64,000 nt of DNA from a virus (Duplodnaviria; Caudoviricetes): IMG/VR virus record IMGVR_UViG_3300043177_000122, positions 128,001 through 192,000 of that record. The stretch is one strand, 5' to 3'. Shown piece by piece: positions 17,289 through 25,912 of the stretch. Made by a program: the position numbers and the translations under genes. A model generated the notes under the pieces. The model ran no database searches. It was given only the letters and a program-made list of their open reading frames with translations, and was not told the DNA's origin. Each line of letters opens with the position of its first letter. Position 1 is the stretch's first letter.

Positions 17289-17780
17289 ATGAAAGAACTT
17301 CGTTTGGAAATAGAACTTGTACCACAAACCTCATGGATGAATAATGTCCGTTCTATATTAACTGCTGCACAATGGGATATTCTAAGAAAGCAAGTATCTG
17401 CTGCTGCTTGGGATACTTGCCAAATTTGTGGTGGAGTAGGCCCAGAACACCCAGTTGAGTGTCATGAGATTTGGGAATATAACGATAAGACCAAGATTCA
17501 AAAATTAGCCGGAATGATTGCATTATGCCCCAATTGTCATTTGGTCAAACATTTTGGTTTTGCTAGAGTTACAGATAGAGAGGAAATTGCTTTCAATCAT
17601 TTTATGAAAGTCAATAGTCTTAAAAAAATTCAAGCAGAAGCCGAGATTGTTAAAGCATTTGATATTTGGAGAAAACGTAGTGTGATTGATTGGGAACTTG
17701 ATCTATCTGGACTAGAGCGGTACGGAATAGATATTTCTAAAATTCGGAAGCCGCTAATGAAACCTTCGGAGACTGAGTAA
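17289..17780 (+). CDS. HNH-like protein
   Basis: CQICG...VECHEIWEY...LCPNCHLVKH; ATG 17289 preferred. Confidence 0.7.
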   Translation: MKELRLEIELVPQTSWMNNVRSILTAAQWDILRKQVSAAAWDTCQICGGVGPEHPVECHEIWEYNDKTKIQKLAGMIALCPNCHLVKHFGFARVTDREEIAFNHFMKVNSLKKIQAEAEIVKAFDIWRKRSVIDWELDLSGLERYGIDISKIRKPLMKPSETE

Positions 17781-17832
17781 GAATAACACTTGATAAGATA
17801 CTATGATATACTACATTACTAGTGGTGGTAAA

Positions 17833-18222
17833 ATGCCTTCTAATACAGACGAATCTAAAAGATATTGGCTTTTAGAGGATCCTCGTAAAACCGGACTTAA
17901 GAATGGGTTACGACAATTAACAATTGAACAGTTACAAAGAGTTATCGATTATCAAGGTGAAATGGTTCTGGACAGCTATAATTATGAGGGTGGAAAATTT
18001 TGTCCTTTAACGATAGCGGTTGAACTAGATAAAACAATAATTAACCCAACACATGAAAAAGTTTTCGATGCCTTGACAAGTATGGGTTATAAAGTTTACA
18101 ATACTCGTGGGATTCCAGGCGAGTTTTACACAAATAATAGGCTGGAAGATTTGCTGGAAGCAGCAAAAGAAGTGTTACAGGAGAAAACAAATCAGAATGC
18201 AAACTGTAAATCAATCAAATAA
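17833..18222 (+). CDS. hypothetical protein
   Basis: ORF with GGTGG upstream of ATG 17833. Confidence 0.6.
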   Translation: MPSNTDESKRYWLLEDPRKTGLKNGLRQLTIEQLQRVIDYQGEMVLDSYNYEGGKFCPLTIAVELDKTIINPTHEKVFDALTSMGYKVYNTRGIPGEFYTNNRLEDLLEAAKEVLQEKTNQNANCKSIK

Positions 18223-18748
18223 TCAGCAGCGTGAATACCGTACTCGTATCAATAAATTCATTCGTGTTCCTCAAATTCGTGTAGTGCTTGCCGATGGTTC
18301 CAATGCCGGCATTATGAATACTTATGAGGCTTTGAAAATGGCACAAGACCAAGGACTTGATTTGGTGGAGATTAGTCCTAAGGCACAACCACCAGTCTGT
18401 AAAATTATGGACTATGGTAAATTTAAGTACGAAGAGAAGAAAAAGCTTCAAGCTGCTAAAAAGAATCAACAGATTCAAGAACTTAAGGAGCTAACTTTTC
18501 GACCCAACACTGATGAGAATGACCTAAAACATAAGCTTTCTCAAGCTAAAGAGTTCTTAGCTGATGGTGACAGGGTTAAATTTGCAGTACGTTTCCGTGG
18601 TCGTGAAATTGTCCATCAGGATATTGGTAAAGAGAAGTTAACTTGGATTCTTCAGGAATTGAATGGTTTAGTATCTCCTAATCCGCAAATTTCTTTAGAA
18701 GGAAAAATTATGTGGATGATTGTTTCTCCTACTAAACAAAAGTCATAA
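18197..18748 (+). CDS. infC: translation initiation factor IF-3
   Basis: RIN..IRVPQIRVV, DLVEISPKAQPPVCKIMDYGKFKYE, FL.DGDRVK..VRFRGRE. Confidence 0.95.
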   Translation: MQTVNQSNNQQREYRTRINKFIRVPQIRVVLADGSNAGIMNTYEALKMAQDQGLDLVEISPKAQPPVCKIMDYGKFKYEEKKKLQAAKKNQQIQELKELTFRPNTDENDLKHKLSQAKEFLADGDRVKFAVRFRGREIVHQDIGKEKLTWILQELNGLVSPNPQISLEGKIMWMIVSPTKQKS

Positions 18749-18758
18749 TAGTAGGAAT

Positions 18759-18835
18759 GTCCCCGTAGTCTAAAGGATAGGCACCAGTTTCCTAAACTGG
18801 CATTAATGTTGGTTCGAGTCCAATCGGGGATACCA
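18759..18835 (+). tRNA. tRNA-Arg(CCU)
   Basis: CCAGT-TTCCTAA-ACTGG anticodon arm; GTTGG-TTCGAGT-CCAAT; CCA. Confidence 0.88.
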
Positions 18836-18852
18836 CTGATATATTTGTTGGC

Positions 18853-19317
18853 ATGAGAAACAAGAACTTTTCTTCCGAAGGCCAACGTAATTCCGACAAT
18901 CTAATATCTTTATTGAGACATCGCCTACATGATAATGGTAAGGTTAAATCTAATGATGCTCATGGCAATATTATTTATGTCGATTGTGATGTGTACAGTA
19001 AATCAATGCTAGAAGCATTCATTGATCTTGCGGTTTCCGAATTCAATGCCACTCCTGAGTTTACTGATTTTACATTAGAAAATAGTAGATTTGTGGACTG
19101 CTTTGCTGAAGTGATCATAGAGGGCGCCACTCTATATGCCTTATCTTCTAAGGCTTTGATTGAGCGCGGTCGTGAGTTTCAGATTGCAGATGACGGCGTT
19201 AATTTTCAGCCGCCTGCCATATCAGATATGCTTAATACTCAATTTAGTACGCTATTAGCACATCATTGGGATAAGTTGAAGCACATCAAGGCTAGCATTA
19301 AGTCCTTCAACAAGTAA
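18853..19317 (+). CDS. hypothetical protein (possible virion protein)
   Basis: 154 aa ORF preceded by GATATAT-N8. Confidence 0.65.
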   Translation: MRNKNFSSEGQRNSDNLISLLRHRLHDNGKVKSNDAHGNIIYVDCDVYSKSMLEAFIDLAVSEFNATPEFTDFTLENSRFVDCFAEVIIEGATLYALSSKALIERGREFQIADDGVNFQPPAISDMLNTQFSTLLAHHWDKLKHIKASIKSFNK

Positions 19318-19333
19318 TGATATATATTCCGTT

Positions 19334-20071
19334 ATGAAGAACGGAATTATATTGGCCGGCGGCACCGGCTCCCGTTTGATGCCTTTAACCCAAGTTGTTA
19401 ATAAACATTTGCTAGGTGTCAACGGAAAATTTATTATTGACTATCCAATGGATACCCTTAAGAAAATGGGTTGCCAGGACGTTACTGTAATTTTGGGTGG
19501 TAATCATTATGCCCAAGTAGCAGGCTATCTCGGTGATGGTAGTCGCTATGGCTTGAATTTAAACTATGTCTATCAGGCTGAGCCAAAGGGAATTGCCCAC
19601 GCGATTAATTTGTGCAAAAGATTTGTCTATGATGATTCAGATTTCTCAGTAATTCTCGGTGATAATATTTTCGAAAATGTTCCACGATGGAATAATCCAG
19701 ATTGGAAGACGAATCCTCGTGCTCAAATTTTATTAGCACACCATCAAGATCTGAAACGCTTTGGTGTTTGCTCTGTTGATACAGATGGCAAAATTGCAAA
19801 GATTGAAGAGAAACCAAAAGAGATAGACCCTAATTATAAAAATTTAGCAATGTCGGGTTGCTATCTTTTCACTTCACGATTCTTTGAATATTTTGAGCAG
19901 CTCAAGCCTAGCGCTAGAGGCGAGTACGAGATTACTGATATTGTTCGCCATTATTTAAAAGATGACAATTTATCTTACTCGGTTCTTGACGGCCTATGGA
20001 GTGATGCTGGGACTCATGAATCTATTGCTTTTGTAAACAACTACTTCTATACTAAATCTCAAAATCATTGA
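19334..20071 (+). CDS. rmlA: glucose-1-phosphate thymidylyltransferase (RmlA/RfbA-like)
   Basis: GIILAGGTGSRL.PLT...NKHLL, Q.EP.GIAHA, LGDN, EKP, SARGEYEITD, WSDAGT. Confidence 0.92.
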   Translation: MKNGIILAGGTGSRLMPLTQVVNKHLLGVNGKFIIDYPMDTLKKMGCQDVTVILGGNHYAQVAGYLGDGSRYGLNLNYVYQAEPKGIAHAINLCKRFVYDDSDFSVILGDNIFENVPRWNNPDWKTNPRAQILLAHHQDLKRFGVCSVDTDGKIAKIEEKPKEIDPNYKNLAMSGCYLFTSRFFEYFEQLKPSARGEYEITDIVRHYLKDDNLSYSVLDGLWSDAGTHESIAFVNNYFYTKSQNH

Positions 20072-20111
20072 TATAGTAGCTTCGTATTAGTAATTAACGA
20101 TTCGAGGCATT

Positions 20112-20969
20112 ATGAAAGTATTGACATTAGGCAACGGGTTCGTAGCCGATCATTTACCGTATGATAGAGTTCTAAAAGGAACTGAACGTGTTGAGCCATA
20201 CCGAGAAAATTTAGCATACCTTCTTGGGCGTGATAAACCAGATGTGATTATAAATTGTCTTGGCAAGACTGGCCGACCCAACGTAGACTGGTGCGAGTCA
20301 CATAAAACAGAAACTTATATGGCCAATGTAACAATGCCACTTATGATTGCAGAATGGTGTGAAAGTAACAATGTTCATTTGATTAACATTGGCTCTGGCT
20401 GTATCTATTTTGGCCCATCTCCTTACAAAGGTCATACTGGGGGGGCTAAAGATCCTGGTTGGCGAGAGGATGATTTTGCTAAACCAGAATCTTTTTATTC
20501 TAAAACTAAATATGCTTGTGACATGATGATTGGTTCTCTACCACATGTTACTACATTACGTATCAGAATGCCGGTATCAGATAAATTTGTACCGCGTAAT
20601 TTGATTAGTAAGCTTAGGGGATACAAACAAGTAATTGATATCCCAAATTCCATGACGATTATGAGCGACCTAGTTCGTTGTATTGACTGGGCAGCCACTA
20701 ATCAACCTAGTGGTATTTGGCATGTTGCTAACCCACAGCCAATGACGGCAGCCCGCATTATGCAAGAATACCAGAAATACTTTCCAAAACATCAGTTTGA
20801 AATTATCACTGAAGGACAACTGGATCAGTTGACAATTGCTAAGCGCTCAAACTGTATCCTTAACACGGATAAACTTAGGGCAGCTGGATTCAAGATGAGT
20901 GATTCTGAAGAGGCTCTTGCTAGTTGCATGGCTGAGTACGTTCAAGATATGCGGAGAAACAATGTCTAA
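20112..20969 (+). CDS. NDP-4-keto-6-deoxyglucose 3,5-epimerase/4-reductase (NRS/ER, UER1-type)
   Basis: G.TGRPNVDWCESHKTET, SFYSKTK, TLRIRMP, RNLISKL..Y..VIDIPNSMT. Confidence 0.85.
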   Translation: MKVLTLGNGFVADHLPYDRVLKGTERVEPYRENLAYLLGRDKPDVIINCLGKTGRPNVDWCESHKTETYMANVTMPLMIAEWCESNNVHLINIGSGCIYFGPSPYKGHTGGAKDPGWREDDFAKPESFYSKTKYACDMMIGSLPHVTTLRIRMPVSDKFVPRNLISKLRGYKQVIDIPNSMTIMSDLVRCIDWAATNQPSGIWHVANPQPMTAARIMQEYQKYFPKHQFEIITEGQLDQLTIAKRSNCILNTDKLRAAGFKMSDSEEALASCMAEYVQDMRRNNV

Positions 20970-21156
20970 TAAGAATGTTACGATTGATTTAAAAGCTAGA
21001 AAAGATAAAGACGGCATGATCTTCTATGTTGGCAAGATCAAGGCTCCAGTTTTAATTGACTGCTCCCAAGGCGCCGTGTTTTTAGTTTTCGTTTCAGATC
21101 ATGGTGATGAACAATTACAAATTGCGTTAATGGATAATAAAGAATTGGATGATTAA
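20962..21156 (+). CDS. hypothetical protein
   Basis: GGAG RBS, ATG 20962. Confidence 0.6.
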   Translation: MSNKNVTIDLKARKDKDGMIFYVGKIKAPVLIDCSQGAVFLVFVSDHGDEQLQIALMDNKELDD

Positions 21157-21455
21157 TGCCCAACCATTTTGAAATCCTATGGGAAAAATGTGAAAACTTT
21201 CAGAAAGAAGCTAATGCTGGAGCTAGCGTTCAACAAGTTATTGAAGAGCTAGTGATGAAGATTAGTTTGTATAAAGCAATTGATACTAAAACAGAGATTC
21301 CAGAGGAAGATCGACAAAAAGTAAAATCTCGCACATTAGGCGAGATTTTATTGACACTAACAGCATTATCCCTCAAAGATAATATCAATGTTTATGATGC
21401 TTTAAACATAGCGCTTCAATATAGAAGTATTGATCATTACGTTAGAAAAACTTAA
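21156..21455 (+). CDS. hypothetical protein, weakly MazG/NTP-PPase-like
   Basis: LGEILLTL.....NINVYDAL resembles the C-terminal helices of MazG-like proteins. Confidence 0.4.
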   Translation: MPNHFEILWEKCENFQKEANAGASVQQVIEELVMKISLYKAIDTKTEIPEEDRQKVKSRTLGEILLTLTALSLKDNINVYDALNIALQYRSIDHYVRKT

Positions 21456-21814
21456 ACTCTTTCAATGTAAAAATTACCCATTGGCATTCCTGGTAGCCCT
21501 TCTTTTTGCAAAGCAACAACGGCTTCATAGATTTTATCTTCTAATGCTTTAGGATTAGCAATATTTTGTTGTGAAGAATACATTACTTTGAATGCCGCTC
21601 CGCCTTGTAATTCTGATTGAGAAATTCCAATGCTTGCAATTTGAGAGGCATGTGGTCCTAGCTTATGTCTAATGGCCACAGAAATGTTCTCTTTAACCAC
21701 ATGGCGTGGCGCTAAATGTTGAGGTGGTAATTGCTGTTGTGCAAGCTTAGTAATAATCTTTTGTTGGTTTGAAGCAATTTTTAATAGCTTCTCTAAAATC
21801 TTTTTTGAATCCAT
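21452..21814 (-). CDS. hypothetical protein, paralog A (LLKIASNQQKI)
   Basis: ATG 21814 with GGAG RBS. Confidence 0.7.
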   Translation of the reverse strand: MDSKKILEKLLKIASNQQKIITKLAQQQLPPQHLAPRHVVKENISVAIRHKLGPHASQIASIGISQSELQGGAAFKVMYSSQQNIANPKALEDKIYEAVVALQKEGLPGMPMGNFYIERV

Positions 21815-21843
21815 AAACAACTCCTGTATGAGATATAATTTTA

Positions 21844-22188
21844 TTAGTCGGTAAACACAACAAAAATATTAGATAGTTCAGGTTGGTCTGGTTTCTGTGT
21901 AGATACCATAGTCTTAAGCTGTCTAATGAATTTTTCGCGAGTAACATTGTCTTTGGGGGCGCCGGCTACTTTGACAGTGTATCCGCCCATAACTTGAATG
22001 TCAGCGGTTACATCTACCTGAGATGCATTAAATCCGTTATTGGCGGCCGTGATTTGTGCTGCGCTTTTTAAATACACAATATTAGGGTCTTGCTCTTGAG
22101 TAAGGCGTTCCAAAATCTTCTGCTGATTAGAGGCAATCTTTAGAAGCTTGCTAAGAATAATTTTCTCTTTGTTATTCATGTTTTCCAT
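21844..22188 (-). CDS. hypothetical protein, paralog B (LLKIASNQQKI)
   Basis: Shares N-terminal block with 21452-21814. Confidence 0.7.
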   Translation of the reverse strand: MENMNNKEKIILSKLLKIASNQQKILERLTQEQDPNIVYLKSAAQITAANNGFNASQVDVTADIQVMGGYTVKVAGAPKDNVTREKFIRQLKTMVSTQKPDQPELSNIFVVFTD

Positions 22189-22624
22189 CCAAACTTTGTT
22201 GTAACAAGTAAACCGCTTCCTCGCGACTACTTGCGGTTGCCATTATCATATCATCCAAACCCAGTGTTAGCTTGCCCTCTTCTTCAAAGCAGTTATAAGC
22301 ATCTTTGGAGAACTTTAGAAAATCCTTTTCTGCCAGCAAGGACATCTGAACTGGTGACCCTTCTAGATTTTTATACTTTAGTAATACCTTGTGTAGCAAT
22401 TCAGTCTGGAGATCATAATTAAGGCACTGGTCTCCAAAAACACCAATGAATTTTTCCGCTGCTAAATCAAGGTTTTCTAATGTAGACTTATACAGCCTTT
22501 CAAAAAGCAAATGATCACCATAGAATGACACACCTTTGATAGTCCAATGATTATGTTGGTGAATTAGGGACAATGCTTTGAGAGTTGCCACATACAAAGC
22601 CCCGACTTTACTGCATTTATCCAT
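22172..22624 (-). CDS. Dps/ferritin-like protein
   Basis: HQHNHWTIKG..FYGDHLLFERLY......D..AEK ferroxidase-type pattern. Confidence 0.8.
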   Translation of the reverse strand: MDKCSKVGALYVATLKALSLIHQHNHWTIKGVSFYGDHLLFERLYKSTLENLDLAAEKFIGVFGDQCLNYDLQTELLHKVLLKYKNLEGSPVQMSLLAEKDFLKFSKDAYNCFEEEGKLTLGLDDMIMATASSREEAVYLLQQSLDGKHE

Positions 22625-22802
22625 GAGCTGGTCCTAGAAGTTACGGATTAATATGGAACCGCACAAAGATATGCTTTTATTGGTAGCTTCCTCTAAAATA
22701 GTATTTTTTTCAAAAGTATATCAATTTTGAACTAGATCTCGACAACGATGAGGGGGATCTATAGGGGGAGTATAATGTTATATATGATCCTAGGATTTTT
22801 AG

Positions 22803-23153
22803 ATGAAAAAACAGAAAACAATCGTACCTTTTTACTTCAAGGACATGACTCACCAACAAATGGTTGATCATCTTAACGAGAATTATCCCATTAGTCTTAA
22901 ACATAATGAAGACATAATTAATAGAATACATGCCAGATACCCAGTACTAGATAAGTCTGAGGTAGGAATCATAGTGAAAGCGGTTTTTGCTAGCTTTCGC
23001 GACCTGTTAATCCTGGGAAAAATTATGAATTTCAATAGTTTATTTTTTGACACAAAATTGCATTTCTTTGATTACCGCCGAGCCGGCCGTATATTACCAT
23101 CCTTGAAAGTTCGCATGTCTACGCCACCTAAGCTGAGGAAACATGACAAATAA
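22803..23153 (+). CDS. HU/IHF-like DNA-binding protein (divergent)
   Basis: KSEV..IVKAVF..FRD.L..GK.M.F..LF pattern. Confidence 0.5.
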   Translation: MKKQKTIVPFYFKDMTHQQMVDHLNENYPISLKHNEDIINRIHARYPVLDKSEVGIIVKAVFASFRDLLILGKIMNFNSLFFDTKLHFFDYRRAGRILPSLKVRMSTPPKLRKHDK

Positions 23154-23487
23154 AGAATTCGAAGATTTTTTGATTGATGACGATTCGGATGAAGAGATTG
23201 AGGAGGTTAAATTAGATATTGACCAAATCAAAGCAACTTTATCAGATTATTCAAATCAGAAACTTTGTGAAATGATTGTTTGTGATAGATATTTTGGTCT
23301 GGAAAAGAAAGTATCAACTATTTGTATGGAAGAGTTAGCTAGACGACGTCTAGCCGGAGATCCTTTTAAATATGAGGATCATATTGCAGAAATAACTAAA
23401 GAAATGCCAGAGCTAGGTTTATCTGCCACTCCAGACATAAGAACTGTTCTTAATCAAGCCATTAGTAGAAAGATTAATGCTCAATGA
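23143..23487 (+). CDS. hypothetical protein
   Basis: 114 aa ORF in tightly packed run. Confidence 0.65.
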   Translation: MTNKEFEDFLIDDDSDEEIEEVKLDIDQIKATLSDYSNQKLCEMIVCDRYFGLEKKVSTICMEELARRRLAGDPFKYEDHIAEITKEMPELGLSATPDIRTVLNQAISRKINAQ

Positions 23488-24032
23488 ATCGTAATTTAAC
23501 CGAGCAAATAGCTTTGCATGTTTTAGCTAATTTAGGGGTTGTATCTGCCAACTTTGTAAACAAAGAGGCAACACAATCAATCATAAATAAATCATACTTG
23601 TTGCCTGAGAAAATCTCTTTTGAAGATAATGGGCAAATAGTTCGTAAAAACATTTACGGGTGCCAGGTATCCATAGCTGATTCTAAAGAGTTGCGATTAT
23701 TATTGGCAGATTGTACACAAGATAAAGAGTTTCCGGAATTTGCACTGTTAGTACAGCTAAAAGATGCTCCTGCTTTCGGCATATATATGATCATTTCTAA
23801 TGATCAAATGGATTCTGAAGTTTTAATTGCTGTCAGTGCCGATAAACAAAATTGGATGCCATGCAGTGTATATTTACAAGCTACATTTTTAGCAGGCATG
23901 GAACAATTAAGAGATGTTGGTTTTGGTTGGACTAAAGCGACAAACTATTCGGAACATCATCAGCAGTTACTTTCTTTTATCAAATTCCATCATAATATTT
24001 ATCAGGAGGCAAATGAGGGGCAAGAAGAGTGA
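23484..24032 (+). CDS. hypothetical protein
   Basis: 182 aa ORF, ATGA overlap. Confidence 0.65.
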   Translation: MNRNLTEQIALHVLANLGVVSANFVNKEATQSIINKSYLLPEKISFEDNGQIVRKNIYGCQVSIADSKELRLLLADCTQDKEFPEFALLVQLKDAPAFGIYMIISNDQMDSEVLIAVSADKQNWMPCSVYLQATFLAGMEQLRDVGFGWTKATNYSEHHQQLLSFIKFHHNIYQEANEGQEE

Positions 24033-24486
24033 TCAAGCATTCGTTGCCGAATTCATTTCTGAAGCTGTTCAACATGGTATTGAGACTCCAGAGGAAATAG
24101 TTCGAGATGCGAAGAAAAAGATTGAACAAATTGATGAAGATATTAGGGCTGTTGAAGCTAAAAAGATTCTAAGATCAAAACTTGTAGATGTTATACTGAC
24201 TTTTGAGAAAAAATCAAAAGAGACATCTGAGACGGCAAAGTTTCTTTCGTTTTTTAAATTAGATTATCCTGGTCACTGCAAGCTTATTTGTGAATGGGTT
24301 AAAAACAAACCTATTGATATTGGAGAAAAATTTCAAGTTCTTGGTACTGGAGAAAATGATCCACACATGAGATATTCTATTAAACAACTTTTAGAATGTA
24401 AAGTTTTAAGTAGGGTTGGTAGTCAAGTTATGCGTGGTGAAAGATATAATGAGTATATGACATTTGTATTACGCGAGGTCAAATGA
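24013..24486 (+). CDS. hypothetical protein
   Basis: AGGAGG RBS, ATG 24013. Confidence 0.65.
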   Translation: MRGKKSDQAFVAEFISEAVQHGIETPEEIVRDAKKKIEQIDEDIRAVEAKKILRSKLVDVILTFEKKSKETSETAKFLSFFKLDYPGHCKLICEWVKNKPIDIGEKFQVLGTGENDPHMRYSIKQLLECKVLSRVGSQVMRGERYNEYMTFVLREVK

Positions 24487-24848
24487 TTATTCTAGTACAG
24501 GATAGAAAAGATAATTTACATCTCTCAAATTATACTCCTTATAATGGTCACAAGTATACTCTTTGTAATCTCATTTACTGTTTAAAAGATATTGTTAATA
24601 CGATAGCGTTAGACAATACATTCCCTGGTATTTGTCGTACTTGTTATGAAAATTATGAGGCCATGTATCTTGATGATTTAGATTATGATCCACGTATTGC
24701 TCATAGCTCTTTAAACAAAAATTTAATCTATAAGTACACTGATACTTCTAAGCAGTATTCAAGCCTTGATGTAAAACACTGGGATGCAGTTAATAAAAAT
24801 TGGGGAACATTACGTAAGTTACAGCGTAAAGTGACTGTGAGGAAATAA
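24483..24848 (+). CDS. hypothetical protein
   Basis: 121 aa ORF, ATGA overlap. Confidence 0.6.
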   Translation: MIILVQDRKDNLHLSNYTPYNGHKYTLCNLIYCLKDIVNTIALDNTFPGICRTCYENYEAMYLDDLDYDPRIAHSSLNKNLIYKYTDTSKQYSSLDVKHWDAVNKNWGTLRKLQRKVTVRK

Positions 24849-25174
24849 TGCCTTTAAGTATAAGCAAAAGAGATTTGTGGCATTATGTAAATCGAAAAAT
24901 CAAGCGTTTAATTCATCACTATCATGTCTTCAGTGTTATTAGTCTTTTGTTTGAAGAGATGCTTAGAGATTTAAAAGCCGGTAAAGAAATTAAGATTGTC
25001 AATCTTGGAACTTTAGTACTCAAAGATACGACTCCACGCAAATATCATGATGTAAGGTTTCACCGTGTAATGGAGTCTCCTGGTCACCGTGTCATGAGAT
25101 TATTTTTAGCCAAACCTATTCGTAAAAAATTATGTGAATCCCTAGATCTTGACAAGAAAATGAAGGGTAATTAA
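24848..25174 (+). CDS. HU/IHF-like DNA-binding protein
   Basis: SKRDL...V, L..G.EIKI.NLGTL.LK....RK......P..RV..LF..K..RK. Confidence 0.75.
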   Translation: MPLSISKRDLWHYVNRKIKRLIHHYHVFSVISLLFEEMLRDLKAGKEIKIVNLGTLVLKDTTPRKYHDVRFHRVMESPGHRVMRLFLAKPIRKKLCESLDLDKKMKGN

Positions 25175-25175
25175 A

Positions 25176-25562
25176 ATGAGAAAAAGAGGACCGCGTCCAG
25201 TGGTGTTCGTTTGTGTAGGGATAGATCCAAATAAGCCAGGCGACCCAATATCAAAACAAATTACGGCTGCTTCTCAGAATGAAGCGGCTTCTTTGTTTTT
25301 TGAGATGACGAAGGTGAAAGCTAAAAATATTCATGGCCCATATAGACCTAAAAGGGCTCAAGTTTTAGAGAACACTCGTAACATGAGATTTGGTGAACAA
25401 TCTAAAAAAGCAATTTATAATGATTGGGAAGTTACTGCCTTTTATCTAAAAGAACCTGAGAACCATGCATATTTAGTCTTTCAGAGAAGAGTTGATGGTC
25501 AAAAGCTAGCAGCCCCCAAAGGCACTGTCATTGTGCCCATTTCCGATTTGAGGTTATCATAA
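25176..25562 (+). CDS. hypothetical protein
   Basis: 128 aa ORF. Confidence 0.65.
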   Translation: MRKRGPRPVVFVCVGIDPNKPGDPISKQITAASQNEAASLFFEMTKVKAKNIHGPYRPKRAQVLENTRNMRFGEQSKKAIYNDWEVTAFYLKEPENHAYLVFQRRVDGQKLAAPKGTVIVPISDLRLS

Positions 25563-25912
25563 TGAATAAAACCTTTCTTAAAAAGATAAAGGCTTTGTTA
25601 TTAGAGCAAAAGACAGAGCTGATTAAATCTACAAAACAAGATTTAGCTGTAGATACCGATGGCGATGAGACTGATGAAATTCAAGCCAACCAATTGATTG
25701 AATTGAATAACCAGTTAATAGTACGCTCATCTGCTAAAATGTCTCAGATTGATGCGGCTCTTAAACGTATTGAAGATGGTACGTATGGACTATGTCAAGA
25801 TTGCGAAGAATCTATCCCCGAAAAAAGACTACTAAGTAATCCGTATTTTCAAACTTGTGTATCATGTGCTGAAGAGCGTGAAGCAGAAGAAAAACAAAGA
25901 AAGAGGTTTTGA
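25562..25912 (+). CDS. dksA: DksA/TraR C4 zinc-finger protein
   Basis: GDETDE acidic tip, AL.RIEDGTYGLCQDCEE.IP..RL...P....CVSC. Confidence 0.9.
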   Translation: MNKTFLKKIKALLLEQKTELIKSTKQDLAVDTDGDETDEIQANQLIELNNQLIVRSSAKMSQIDAALKRIEDGTYGLCQDCEESIPEKRLLSNPYFQTCVSCAEEREAEEKQRKRF

